A stretch of DNA of 64,000 nt from a virus, in the IMG/VR virus record IMGVR_UViG_3300021399_000152, positions 1 through 64,000 of that record. One strand, given 5' to 3'. This document shows, piece by piece, positions 1-8,746 of this stretch; within the stretch, counting starts at the first letter, position 1, and each line of letters starts with the position of its first letter. Under the pieces are notes generated by a model. The model saw only the letters and a list, made by a program, of their open reading frames with translations, was not told where the DNA came from and did not search any database. A program made the position numbers and the translations under genes.

Positions 1-207
1 GAATTAACCAAAAAAGAGCTGGAAAAGATGCTCGATGATGCTTATAAAGCAGGCAAAGATGATGCTGTGACGCAGTGGTCATACCCAGTGACGATCACGA
101 CACCTTCGAATCCGTTGGGCAGCGTTTATTATACAACTGAAAAAGTCGTTGACCCGTATACACGGATCACATGCTCAACTGCGAATAACTCGGAGGTACA
201 GTCATGA
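1..207 (+). CDS. 3' end of an upstream gene (partial, ...EVQS*), unknown function
   Basis: Frame-1 open from window edge to TGA at 205-207; stop overlaps next ATG (tcATGA). Confidence 0.4.
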   Translation, partial: ELTKKELEKMLDDAYKAGKDDAVTQWSYPVTITTPSNPLGSVYYTTEKVVDPYTRITCSTANNSEVQS

Positions 208-665
208 TCATATTCGCTGAACGAGATGGCAATGATGTGACATTATACTACGGCAATGAAATGCCGGACCACCCAAGCTGGCACAGAGTGCCATTTGACA
301 GGCATGCAGTGCCACCGAGTGACAAGTATGTCACATCACGTTGCACAATGACATTCGACCCATCGTATCAGGTCTTCACGCCAGCAGACTGGAACATGAA
401 CATTGATTCGCCGTTCAGTATTGCTGATATCATTCGCCTTGATCTGCCGATTGTCGTTGTTGCACCAAAGGCAAAGCTTACAAAAAAAATATCAAGGGAC
501 GACCTTTATAGTCAGGCCCCTTATGCCCGTATCAGAACTGGTGAGGATACAACCTATGGACATCTGTACAATGAAGCACTCAAGTGTGCAACATTTGTGT
601 TCAAGCTTGGCGAAGAACCAGAGTTTATAGACGAGGAAGCAAAATGCCGTACACAGTTTTCATAA
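204..665 (+). CDS. hypothetical protein (153 aa)
   Basis: ATG ORF preceded by GGAGG; co-directional tight packing with neighbours. Confidence 0.5.
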   Translation: MIIFAERDGNDVTLYYGNEMPDHPSWHRVPFDRHAVPPSDKYVTSRCTMTFDPSYQVFTPADWNMNIDSPFSIADIIRLDLPIVVVAPKAKLTKKISRDDLYSQAPYARIRTGEDTTYGHLYNEALKCATFVFKLGEEPEFIDEEAKCRTQFS

Positions 666-1153
666 TAACAAGGTGCGACCAGGATCCGCACGATCTGCCG
701 AGGAAAATGAAGACGAAGCAGTGGTATAGCGTCAATGAAAATATGGAGCTGCTGTTCCACGACTTCAAATGTTTTCAGCTGAAAGATGGCACATCTGCAC
801 CTACTGCAGCGATCAAAGACATCGACTTCTTTGCTGATAAAGAGCTATGTACTGCTTGCAAAGAGTGGTGGGAAGAGAACATTGCAGTAAGAAGGGTGAA
901 CAGATATAACAAACCTTACTTCAAGAAGATCTTCGGCAACATGGAGAACTATGTCAGAGCGAAGGCGCCGTTCTGGCCCCTGATCGTTGTAACTCCTGAT
1001 GGACAATGGCACATGTCAAAAAGTTTTTCAGTGAAAGATATTGATATCTGGGATGCACAGTTCTATGACAGGTTTATTGCGCCATATGATCCAGAAAATA
1101 CATGCATTACATGCATAGAATGCTTTGAACATGGAGCGTGGTCGAATGAGTGA
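644..1153 (+). CDS. hypothetical Cys-containing protein (start trimmed to internal ATG 644 with GAGGAAG RBS)
   Basis: ORF 584..1153 overlaps previous gene by 80 nt; internal ATG at 644 has RBS; C-terminal CxxC..CxxC. Confidence 0.45.
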   Translation: MPYTVFIITRCDQDPHDLPRKMKTKQWYSVNENMELLFHDFKCFQLKDGTSAPTAAIKDIDFFADKELCTACKEWWEENIAVRRVNRYNKPYFKKIFGNMENYVRAKAPFWPLIVVTPDGQWHMSKSFSVKDIDIWDAQFYDRFIAPYDPENTCITCIECFEHGAWSNE

Positions 1154-1418
1154 AGTTACTGAGCGCACTGAAGAGGAGCTCACAGAACAGGAGCTCAAAA
1201 AATATGCAGAGCTTGCGCAAAGAATAACAGAAGCTCTGTATCTCATACAAAATAAAGGTAAGATCCCATACACTGCATATCAGGGTGCGAAGAATTTCCT
1301 CATAGCAACACTGGTGTCATACCGTGATGGGATCATTGCTATGCTGGAGGGTTCAGCACATGATAAAACAGTTGTTGCACAGGAAGAAAAAGCCGAAGAA
1401 ACTGGGGACGCTGTATAA
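1146..1418 (+). CDS. hypothetical acidic protein
   Basis: ATG 1146 overlaps previous stop (ATGAGTGA); GGAG upstream. Confidence 0.45.
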   Translation: MSEVTERTEEELTEQELKKYAELAQRITEALYLIQNKGKIPYTAYQGAKNFLIATLVSYRDGIIAMLEGSAHDKTVVAQEEKAEETGDAV

Positions 1419-1431
1419 CTACGAAGGTTAT

Positions 1432-1668
1432 ATGGGTGCGTTCCCTATGGAGGTGTGCGTTGCCTCCAAAACAGACGACATCACACTGGAAGATGCGCAG
1501 CATACTGTTGCGCGAGAAGCCCATGAAAATGGTTATGGTTTCTATCGGCAGCTTGGTCCGAACGAGGATGGCGTAGTTTTCTATGACTATGGGTCGTACC
1601 ATAACTTCTACGTGTTTGTTCCTGATGATGCAAAGGACAAATACAACTTTACGGAAGAAAGTAAGTAA
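1432..1668 (+). CDS. hypothetical protein
   Basis: ATG after GAAGG RBS directly downstream of previous stop; in-frame part of ORF 1324..1668. Confidence 0.4.
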   Translation: MGAFPMEVCVASKTDDITLEDAQHTVAREAHENGYGFYRQLGPNEDGVVFYDYGSYHNFYVFVPDDAKDKYNFTEESK

Positions 1669-1676
1669 AGATCATT

Positions 1677-2018
1677 ATGAAATTGCCGAAAAAAGTAAAG
1701 ATAAATGGCGTTGACTATGCCGTAGAGTACACGAAAGACCTGAAAGATGGTGACGAAATACTCTACGGCTGGTTTCTTGAAGATAAGATGTTGATTCAGA
1801 TCAACACATCGAATCAGACAGAGGTTGGCATGTGGCGGACTCTGATGCATGAGATCTGGCATGCCATTATGTTTGAGACGGACCTGAAGTGTCGCGGTTA
1901 TAACCACAGAAAGATAAATGATGAGGAAGAACTTGCAGAAATGTTCTCCAGAAGCATGTATCAGATTGTTCGCGACAATAAAGAATTGTTTGAATGTGTA
2001 TACGAGGGAGAGAGTTAA
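1677..2018 (+). CDS. small HExxH zinc-metallopeptidase-like protein
   Basis: 'WRTLMHEIWHAIMFE' contains an HExxH motif; 113 aa. Confidence 0.5.
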   Translation: MKLPKKVKINGVDYAVEYTKDLKDGDEILYGWFLEDKMLIQINTSNQTEVGMWRTLMHEIWHAIMFETDLKCRGYNHRKINDEEELAEMFSRSMYQIVRDNKELFECVYEGES

Positions 2019-2020
2019 TC

Positions 2021-2938
2021 ATGAAAAAGACAGTTATTTCTATCACGGTCATCGTTGCGGTGATCCTGTCCATTATTTACTTCGCGCTGTCGCTTGCCTT
2101 TGTTCCGACCGGCTCGACCGGCATTCTGATTCACTACGGAATGATTCAGGATGAGCCCGTGAAGAGCGGCGAGCTTGTGTACCACAACTGGTTCTCAGAC
2201 AGGGTCGCCTTTGTGAACAACAAGCAGCAGGACTTCTATGTGAAGGACCAGATCTGGGGCGAAACAAATGATGCAACACCGGTGTATGCTCAGGGTATTA
2301 ATGTAACATATCAGATCCCTGTGGAGAAATCGGTCTGGGTGTACCAGAATGTGTCCGATCTTGACAAGAACCTTGTGACATATTCGCTTGTTGCTTCGGC
2401 AACCAAAGCTGCTCTTGTTGAACTCCCGCCGAAGGATAGCACGAACCGCGCAAAGATCGAACCGCTCGTTAAACAGAAACTGACAGAGCTGCTCAATAAT
2501 AAGTTCGGTGACAGCGTTGTTGTGATTAAGGGCGTAACGATTGATCAGATGGACTTCGAAGCACAGTATAACGACGCGATCCAGCAGAACAGTATTGCCG
2601 CAAGACAGGCAGAGCAGCAGCGGATCGCAAATCAGGTTGCTGTCGAACGTGCAGAGGCTGAGAAGAAGGTTGCACTGATCAATACTGAGAGCAGCATTGA
2701 GACTCAGAAGAAGCAGAAAGAGTCAGAGCTTAAACTTATGGAGCTTGAAGCACAGGCTGAGGCCGACCGCATTCTGAGGATCGCAGAAGCCGAGGCTGAA
2801 GCAAAGAGAATGCTTGTTGACACATTGACTCCTGCTCTGATCGAGTATGAAAAGGTGCAGAAATGGGATGGTCAGCTGCCGAAAGTCATGACATGCGACG
2901 ATCCGAACCTTGTTATCAACGAAACCGAACTGAAATAA
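2021..2938 (+). CDS. SPFH/band-7 (stomatin/prohibitin-like) membrane protein
   Basis: N-terminal TM helix (ISITVIVAVILSIIYFALSLAF), then an SPFH-like core and a long Ala/Glu/Gln-rich coiled coil (AEQQRIANQVAVERAEAEKK...EAQAEADRILRIAEAEAEAKRM); RBS GAGGGAGAG. Confidence 0.7.
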   Translation: MKKTVISITVIVAVILSIIYFALSLAFVPTGSTGILIHYGMIQDEPVKSGELVYHNWFSDRVAFVNNKQQDFYVKDQIWGETNDATPVYAQGINVTYQIPVEKSVWVYQNVSDLDKNLVTYSLVASATKAALVELPPKDSTNRAKIEPLVKQKLTELLNNKFGDSVVVIKGVTIDQMDFEAQYNDAIQQNSIAARQAEQQRIANQVAVERAEAEKKVALINTESSIETQKKQKESELKLMELEAQAEADRILRIAEAEAEAKRMLVDTLTPALIEYEKVQKWDGQLPKVMTCDDPNLVINETELK

Positions 2939-2950
2939 GAGGTGTCCGCC

Positions 2951-3148
2951 ATGCTGTCTATTTCAAGTTGCCCGTTTTGCGGGCATCAGTTTTCAGATGA
3001 AGATCGTGAATTGATTCAAACAAAACTTAACGAGAAAGATAAAAATGGCAAATACAAACTTGGTGGATTCCGTATCATTTGCACTGACTGCAACGCAGAA
3101 ATTACATTGATACGGAAATCCAAGTACGAATGGTTGGAGGATGAATGA
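2951..3148 (+). CDS. zinc-ribbon protein (CPFCG...CTDC)
   Basis: ATG 2951 with AGAGGTG RBS; two CxxC pairs. Confidence 0.5.
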   Translation: MLSISSCPFCGHQFSDEDRELIQTKLNEKDKNGKYKLGGFRIICTDCNAEITLIRKSKYEWLEDE

Positions 3149-3371
3149 CATGCTGAAGATCGAAGCAGACTTCACTGTGAAAATTGTAGACTATGGGGAG
3201 GAATCTCGTGCTCAGCCCTCCCTTATTGAAAAGGACACAAGAGAGATGAGTGCATTCCTCGAAAACAATATGGTCAGCCTGCTGCAGGAAGAGGCTATCT
3301 CAGAAAGCGGACATGTCGAGGTGCATTGCACTCACTTTGAAGTGTCGGAAGCCGACAAGACAGAAAAATAA
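3141..3371 (+). CDS. hypothetical protein
   Basis: ORF overlapping previous stop; co-directional. Confidence 0.4.
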   Translation: MNDMLKIEADFTVKIVDYGEESRAQPSLIEKDTREMSAFLENNMVSLLQEEAISESGHVEVHCTHFEVSEADKTEK

Positions 3372-3387
3372 CATGAGGTGATGTAAG

Positions 3388-3498
3388 ATGCCGATATGGG
3401 TACCGGTTGTGTCAGCATTTTTGGGTGCATGTGTTGCACTATTCGTTTATGCAATCATTACTGTCAACGACGACGATAATCATCGGAGGTTCAGCTGA
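3388..3498 (+). CDS. putative small membrane peptide (36 aa)
   Basis: ATG after GAGGTGA; single hydrophobic helix (WVPVVSAFLGACVALFVYAII); below the 60-aa ORF-track cutoff. Confidence 0.3.
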   Translation: MPIWVPVVSAFLGACVALFVYAIITVNDDDNHRRFS

Positions 3499-3863
3499 TG
3501 ATATACACAGAGCGTGTAGAAAATTATCAAATCTGCGATCCTACTTACATCGAAGATCTTCATTCAAACAACTTCGAAGCCAAGCCTGATCGACCTTTTG
3601 AGTTCGATGTTGTGAAGTGGTACAAGCTTGACAAACCGACAGAGATGTTGAGCTTTGATCGCACAACAAAGACATTCAAGCCAGAGATGATTGAAGAATG
3701 CTGCTATGTTGTTGCAACTCTGCAGTGGGACGAGTCAGAGGAAGACTTCGAACTGCATTCTATTGGCATGAGGTTCGTCGAAGAAAAGCCTTCGGCGGAT
3801 GTCATGCAGATGATCCTTGATTTCTGCAACAAAAAGTCTAAGGAGTTGACTGGAGAAGAATGA
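3498..3863 (+). CDS. hypothetical protein
   Basis: ORF, start overlaps previous stop. Confidence 0.5.
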   Translation: MIYTERVENYQICDPTYIEDLHSNNFEAKPDRPFEFDVVKWYKLDKPTEMLSFDRTTKTFKPEMIEECCYVVATLQWDESEEDFELHSIGMRFVEEKPSADVMQMILDFCNKKSKELTGEE

Positions 3864-4165
3864 AACATGCAATTATTGTATCGCTGCTTATTATTCTCAC
3901 TTTTTGTCTTGTGGGATGCTCGCAAAATGATACTCCGATGCACGCAAATGATATGTTTAAACCGCTCGAAAGATATGAATCAATCATGGGCGACTACGGA
4001 TACACATATATCGTGAAAGATGTGGATACAAATGTGTGCTATATCATTTGCTCAAAGGATGGAAAGTGGAGCTTGTGTCCTTACTATGTGATCAATGATG
4101 ACGGCAAGCCTGAGATTGCTGTTTATGGGGTGAATTATTATGCGAAAGATTCCGACCCTGTTTAA
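3860..4165 (+). CDS. putative lipoprotein
   Basis: Signal peptide plus lipobox (LVGC|S) at N-terminus. Confidence 0.55.
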   Translation: MKHAIIVSLLIILTFCLVGCSQNDTPMHANDMFKPLERYESIMGDYGYTYIVKDVDTNVCYIICSKDGKWSLCPYYVINDDGKPEIAVYGVNYYAKDSDPV

Positions 4166-4751
4166 ACGAACCTTTGATGACCACAATGTTGTAAGCATTT
4201 CACCTGAGCTTACAAGCGAAGATCTCAGGTGTGTGCTTGATGGTAAAACTTATGCAACAGAAAAAGTCGATGGTGCGTGTTGCGCATTTTATAATGGTGT
4301 CTTTTATAAAAGATATGATGCAAAGAAAGGGAAAACACCTCCGCCCGATGCTATTGCATGCTGTGACCCGGATCCAATCACTGGACACTGGCCTCACTGG
4401 GTTCCTATAAAACGTGATGATCCATCATCTAAATGGTTTCTGGAGGCTCGTGACAATATTTGCGATGCTCCTTGGCTGACATATGAAGAACAATTGGGGC
4501 AAGGTACATATGAAGCTGTTGGACCACACTTCAATGGCAATCCTTATCATTTGCCAATCGATATGTTGATCAAGCATGGCTCCATTAAATTGAAGGATGT
4601 ACCCTTTACTTTTGAAGGAATTAAAGAATACCTGCGAACACATGAGATCGAAGGTATTGTGTTCTGGAATGATGATGGGCCTGTCTGCAAGATCAAGAGG
4701 ACTGACTTTGGTTTTGAGTGGCCCATGAAACAGGAGCAAAAAGATGGATGA
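4140..4751 (+). CDS. putative minimal nucleotidyltransferase of the ligase/capping superfamily (RNA/DNA ligase-like)
   Basis: Motif I 'KVDG' at K42 (TYATEKVDGACC), motif IV-like 'EGIVFW' and motif V-like 'VCKIKR' near the C-terminus; spacing consistent with covalent NTase fold. Function not verified. Confidence 0.4.
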   Translation: MRKIPTLFKRTFDDHNVVSISPELTSEDLRCVLDGKTYATEKVDGACCAFYNGVFYKRYDAKKGKTPPPDAIACCDPDPITGHWPHWVPIKRDDPSSKWFLEARDNICDAPWLTYEEQLGQGTYEAVGPHFNGNPYHLPIDMLIKHGSIKLKDVPFTFEGIKEYLRTHEIEGIVFWNDDGPVCKIKRTDFGFEWPMKQEQKDG

Positions 4752-5289
4752 ATTTGAAATTGATGGCAGACATCCTATATACATAGTCCCGGACCAGGGC
4801 CGTGTTGAAATTAATCCTAGGACGCTTGAACCTTACGAGGCTACAACTATTAATGCTACAAGTATAGCTCTTGAGCATAACGAGGCTCCAGCAAGCATAA
4901 GTGCAACGGAGTTTGACATACCGATCCTCAAAGCTGATTGCCTGATGAATAATGATGTCGATCTGTGTATGTCATGTGCTTATGATCCACTTTCATGTGA
5001 CTCAAGCGCCTATCCGCAGATGCGATTTTATGGTCAGGATATGAATGTGTGCTGTTGCCGAAATTATAAGCCACTATGGTCGCAAATGCCGGAGTTTCAA
5101 TGCGGTTATGAGCAGGCTATGAGAGAACTGAACAGCCCACGATATGTGGATGTGTGGGATCATTACGATAAACCGCCTACGTATGTCTGCCCTCGTTGCG
5201 AATATGGTTTCTATGGTAAACAGGACGAGAAAAGATGCCCTCGTTGCGGGCAAAAATTGAAGTGGGATTTGAGGAGAAATGTAGGATGA
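4744..5289 (+). CDS. Cys-rich hypothetical protein with C-terminal zinc ribbon (CPRCEY...CPRCGQ)
   Basis: ORF, Cys-rich. Confidence 0.5.
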   Translation: MDEFEIDGRHPIYIVPDQGRVEINPRTLEPYEATTINATSIALEHNEAPASISATEFDIPILKADCLMNNDVDLCMSCAYDPLSCDSSAYPQMRFYGQDMNVCCCRNYKPLWSQMPEFQCGYEQAMRELNSPRYVDVWDHYDKPPTYVCPRCEYGFYGKQDEKRCPRCGQKLKWDLRRNVG

Positions 5290-5483
5290 AGAATGCTGAA
5301 AGAAAACAGATGACTGTTTCGGACCTTATTGATTTGTTGTCAAAAGTGATCACGAAAGATGCCCCTGTGCTCGCATCACATGAAGGTGATACGTTCTTTG
5401 ACGGCGACCCCATCGAGGGTATTCAGATTATGCACAATATGGTCGAAGGCAACAACGAAGTTAAAGTCTTTATCTGTTATTGA
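5286..5483 (+). CDS. hypothetical protein
   Basis: ATG overlapping previous TGA (ATGA), GGAGA RBS. Confidence 0.4.
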   Translation: MKNAERKQMTVSDLIDLLSKVITKDAPVLASHEGDTFFDGDPIEGIQIMHNMVEGNNEVKVFICY

Positions 5484-5494
5484 GGTGAAAGAAA

Positions 5495-5707
5495 ATGACT
5501 GGACGCGAGCTGATTAAGTGGATCCAAGACAACCATGCTGAAGATAAGAAAGTCATTGTGCAATATCGTGACTCCGGTGGCACGTACTATGGCGGCGAAG
5601 TTATGGAAATGCCGATGCTTGCTTATTACCATGACGACCACGGTGATGGTATCGATGTCTATATTGAATACTCGAAACTTCGTAAGCAGAATTGCATGGT
5701 GGTGTAA
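5495..5707 (+). CDS. hypothetical protein
   Basis: ATG after GAGGTGAAAG RBS. Confidence 0.5.
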   Translation: MTGRELIKWIQDNHAEDKKVIVQYRDSGGTYYGGEVMEMPMLAYYHDDHGDGIDVYIEYSKLRKQNCMVV

Positions 5708-5710
5708 AGC

Positions 5711-5914
5711 ATGGAAATTGTACATTGCAAAGAATGTAAGTATGCCCTAATGACATACAGCGGCGAAGCAAAGTATTGCCTCTTCTGGCAGAATGCAATA
5801 GACGATGAAGATGGGCCGCTCCAAGCTCTGTATCTTGATGGTGACTTCTTCTGCGCAGGCGGAGAAAAGAAAGATGACTCTGTTAAACAAATTACTTACG
5901 AGGAGAAAGAGTAA
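5711..5914 (+). CDS. hypothetical Cys-containing protein
   Basis: ORF, CKECKY...C..FFCAGG. Confidence 0.45.
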   Translation: MEIVHCKECKYALMTYSGEAKYCLFWQNAIDDEDGPLQALYLDGDFFCAGGEKKDDSVKQITYEEKE

Positions 5915-6249
5915 TGTCTGTACATTTTATTCGTGTTAAAGGGTGCGATGACAATATTGCATGGATTAACGCGGACCAGATCGAATGCTTTTACTATAGC
6001 CCGAAACTTAACTCGACAGACATCCATATGATCGGCAACCAGAACGAAAACTGGACCATCGATGGTGATGCGACGGGGTATATCACTGCCAGAAAGCAAG
6101 GAACGTGGGTCAAGATGACTGGCTCAATGCCGCCCAAGTATCAAGGTCATTATGAATGCAGCGAATGCGGTTGGCATGGTGAAGCGTATGAGCGAAGAGA
6201 AACTGATTACGATTTCTGCCCGCATTGCGGTGCAATAATGTCAAAATAA
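5914..6249 (+). CDS. hypothetical protein with C-terminal zinc ribbon (CSECG...CPHCG)
   Basis: ORF, ATG overlapping previous stop. Confidence 0.5.
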   Translation: MSVHFIRVKGCDDNIAWINADQIECFYYSPKLNSTDIHMIGNQNENWTIDGDATGYITARKQGTWVKMTGSMPPKYQGHYECSECGWHGEAYERRETDYDFCPHCGAIMSK

Positions 6250-6258
6250 ACAGGTATT

Positions 6259-6390
6259 ATGCTGTGGCGGAATAGGTAGACGCAAATAAAAACACGAACG
6301 ACCCATCCCTTCGCTGAAATGTAGCTACAAGTAAGCAAGGTATGACGGACAAAAGGAATGGTCATGTCAGGTGCAAATCCTGACCAGCAT
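6259..6390 (+). ncRNA. tRNA-Leu-derived structured RNA with large internal insertion (family copy 1)
   Basis: 5' half 'ATGCTG-TG-GCGG-AATAGGTAG-ACGC' (acceptor and D-arm, tRNA-Leu-like), 3' half 'GTCAGG-TGCAAAT-CCTGAC-CAGCAT' (6-bp T-stem, T-loop with G55, acceptor 3' strand complementary to 5' end); ~85-nt insertion between. Confidence 0.5.
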
Positions 6391-6394
6391 ATTC

Positions 6395-6536
6395 ATGCGG
6401 TGGTGGAATAGGTAGACATGCAGAGGCCAGGCGACAGCGGCAAGAGTAAACACTTTTGGTATCGCCGCTATGGGTTCGAATCCCTCCGATGCGAGCAGTG
6501 CACGGCTCATGCGAGGTGCAAATCCTCGCCCGTATT
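6395..6536 (+). ncRNA. tRNA-Leu-derived structured RNA (family copy 2), contains a nested GGTTCGAATCC T-arm-like hairpin
   Basis: 5' 'ATGCGGTGGTGGAATAGGTAGACAT', 3' 'GCGAGGTGCAAATCCTCGCCCGTAT'; ends pair as 6-bp acceptor with one G-U. Confidence 0.45.
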
Positions 6537-6559
6537 CTTTTAACTACAGGAGAGAGAAA

Positions 6560-6742
6560 ATGCAGAAGGTTTGCTGTGAATATTGTGTACATAGGTTCGA
6601 TGGTGAGCATGATGAAAACCAGTGCGACGTGTTGCTGGAGAAAGCAAAGTGGCTCGTTCCAATGACGGTCGAGCTTGACTGGTTTTGTGCAAACTTTTGT
6701 GCCAAAGGAGAAGCCGATGGACAAACGTCAGATGGTAATTAA
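6560..6742 (+). CDS. Cys-rich small protein
   Basis: ATG 6560 after GGAGAGAGAAA; CCEYC...C..FCANFC. Confidence 0.45.
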   Translation: MQKVCCEYCVHRFDGEHDENQCDVLLEKAKWLVPMTVELDWFCANFCAKGEADGQTSDGN

Positions 6743-6950
6743 GGGGCTCGAACACTGCATTGCCTGCAGCTCAGGCAAAAAGGATACGTGCAATGGTTGC
6801 CCTTATGTTAAGTATTGTTTCAGAGAAAATAAGCCGAACCCCAGCAAGATACTGCGCGACGCTTTGGAGATGGTCAAAACTCCTCACGTCGTTGTCAGAT
6901 ATATCGACGAAGATAGTTGCGATGATTACTATGAGCCGTACAATGCTTGA
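6717..6950 (+). CDS. Cys-rich small protein
   Basis: ATG after AAAGGAGAAG; CIACSSGKKDTCNGCPYVKYC. Confidence 0.45.
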   Translation: MDKRQMVIKGLEHCIACSSGKKDTCNGCPYVKYCFRENKPNPSKILRDALEMVKTPHVVVRYIDEDSCDDYYEPYNA

Positions 6951-6983
6951 TTGCAAAGAGGGTAAACGGAGAGGTAAAGCCGG

Positions 6984-7208
6984 ATGACTGATAATGAAAA
7001 AGTTCTGATGGAACTCAAAAGAGATGTTCTGCGATTGCTGAAGCAGAACGAAGCAAAGCCTGTTACTTATTATATCAATGAATACACAGGACTTCCTGTG
7101 GCAACATGTCCAAGCTGTGGAAAATGTTTGAAACAATTTCAGCAAAGTTATGATGATGAGGAGACGAAGTTCTGCTCGTATTGTGGTCAGGCGGTGGTGT
7201 GGAAATGA
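6984..7208 (+). CDS. Lar-like (restriction-alleviation family) zinc-ribbon protein
   Basis: CPSCGKC...CSYCGQAVVWK* C-terminus, paralogous to 7581..7853. Confidence 0.45.
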   Translation: MTDNEKVLMELKRDVLRLLKQNEAKPVTYYINEYTGLPVATCPSCGKCLKQFQQSYDDEETKFCSYCGQAVVWK

Positions 7209-7402
7209 AAGTTGGCTATTGCGAGAAATGCAAATGTTACGAGCGTAGAAAATGGAACGGTTATTACATGCCGAAGAATTATCACCCAATTGGAATGAGC
7301 CACGGATATGGATATTGTAAATTGTATTGTATGCGATGCAGTGAAATCAAGCCATATATTTGCAGCGGAAGATTGCTGATTGATGAGCGGGACGGGCGGT
7401 GA
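7205..7402 (+). CDS. Cys-rich small protein
   Basis: ATG overlapping previous TGA; CEKCKCY...C..C. Confidence 0.4.
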   Translation: MKVGYCEKCKCYERRKWNGYYMPKNYHPIGMSHGYGYCKLYCMRCSEIKPYICSGRLLIDERDGR

Positions 7403-7408
7403 TGTGGA

Positions 7409-7589
7409 ATGGTTGATAGAGCTAAACTTTTGAAAGCGCTTTCGTGCTGTTCAAATAAGCTTGTGGATGATCCATCAGAGGATCCTCATTGCCCGGATGA
7501 TTGTCCATATATCAATTATATTTACTGCGAAAGCACAATGGCTGACGATGTTTTGGAATTGTTGAAGGAGTTGGAGTTTCATGTCTAAC
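7409..7589 (+). CDS. small Cys-rich protein (59 aa, below ORF-track cutoff)
   Basis: ATG 7409; 'LKALSCCSNK..PHCPDDCPY' pattern resembling 7840..8031 product. Confidence 0.3.
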
Positions 7590-7853
7590 GTAGAGAACAT
7601 CATAGCACAACTGCAAGAGCTTCATGGCTCAGAAGAAACGATGAACGTTTTGTCAGAAGCAATCAGCCTGTTGCGCAAGAGCGAGCCAGTCAAACCAATC
7701 GAAGAATACTACGCAGATGGCTGGCTGGAATATTATTGTGGCAAGTGCAGGCATTTTCTGACATATAGCCGTGATAACAAACGAGTTGAAACAGAGTATG
7801 CTGCATATTGTGCTAAATGTGGACAGGCGGTGGACTGGAATGAAGAAGAATGA
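7581..7853 (+). CDS. Lar-like zinc-ribbon protein
   Basis: CGKCRHF...YCAKCGQAVDWNEEE*, matching the Lar-family C-terminal pattern (C..CG.A..WN). Confidence 0.5.
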   Translation: MSNVENIIAQLQELHGSEETMNVLSEAISLLRKSEPVKPIEEYYADGWLEYYCGKCRHFLTYSRDNKRVETEYAAYCAKCGQAVDWNEEE

Positions 7854-8031
7854 ACTGATCGAAGCTTTGCGCCACTGTGCTGAGCCCGAAGAATGCTGCG
7901 AAGGTTGCCCACGAAATGATGGTGAGCAACACGCATATTTGTATGCAATAGGCTGTTCGTATAATCTGCTTCAAGATATCTATGAATACATGAAAGAAGA
8001 GGCAGCAAATGAAGTTCAGGAAAGGCAATAA
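7840..8031 (+). CDS. Cys-rich small protein
   Basis: ATG inside previous gene's last codons; CAEPEECCEGCP...GCSY. Confidence 0.4.
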   Translation: MKKNELIEALRHCAEPEECCEGCPRNDGEQHAYLYAIGCSYNLLQDIYEYMKEEAANEVQERQ

Positions 8032-8236
8032 AACAATAGCTATCATCAATGATACTTTGTACCCGAATGGTCGAGACACACAGGTTATGCCGACACTGTG
8101 TGTTGGAGAAGATGGGTGGCTCAATCATGTTGCAACATTCAGTACACCAGGGTACGCCAAGATGTTTGCTGATATGCTCGAAGAGTTCACATGCAAGATT
8201 ACAGTCATAAAAGAAGGAGAAGGATTCGAACCATGA
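8009..8236 (+). CDS. hypothetical protein
   Basis: ORF. Confidence 0.45.
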   Translation: MKFRKGNKTIAIINDTLYPNGRDTQVMPTLCVGEDGWLNHVATFSTPGYAKMFADMLEEFTCKITVIKEGEGFEP

Positions 8237-8499
8237 AGCCCGGTGATATTGTTCGCAATGATTGGACGATAGACAGCCCCGCTAAGTATACGATGTATCT
8301 CAAGCGAGGTCGTGTCGGTAAGTATGCAACATTTGATTGCCTGACGTTCGATGGTCGCACCATACATCATAGTGTTGATCATAACAGGCTCGTTGTTGTT
8401 GGACATATTGATGAATATGATGCACTCAAGAAAGCTTTGTTGCAACTGAAGGAGATTGATCAAAATGAAACTCAAGGAAGCACTACACACACTGGATAA
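8233..8499 (+). CDS. hypothetical protein
   Basis: ATG 8233 after AGGAGAAGG. Confidence 0.5.
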   Translation: MKPGDIVRNDWTIDSPAKYTMYLKRGRVGKYATFDCLTFDGRTIHHSVDHNRLVVVGHIDEYDALKKALLQLKEIDQNETQGSTTHTG

Positions 8500-8731
8500 C
8501 ATGAGAATGTTTGTAGATATTCGCGTTCATCAAGTTGTGAGCCCTGATCATTATGACATATACAGCGACCTCATTGACATGATTGATATGCTTGAGGAGT
8601 ATCTGACAAATGTTGATTGCGAAGCAGCAGAGCATGACGGCAAAGGTTGCCTCGGATATAGTTATCAAGGCGACGATGAGCCGATACAAACATGCAAGTA
8701 CTGCCAAAAGTATACCGGGAACATAGAATAA
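8465..8731 (+). CDS. hypothetical protein with C-terminal CKYCQ motif
   Basis: ATG after AAGGAG. Confidence 0.45.
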   Translation: MKLKEALHTLDNMRMFVDIRVHQVVSPDHYDIYSDLIDMIDMLEEYLTNVDCEAAEHDGKGCLGYSYQGDDEPIQTCKYCQKYTGNIE

Positions 8732-8746
8732 GGAGATATTGTTGAC

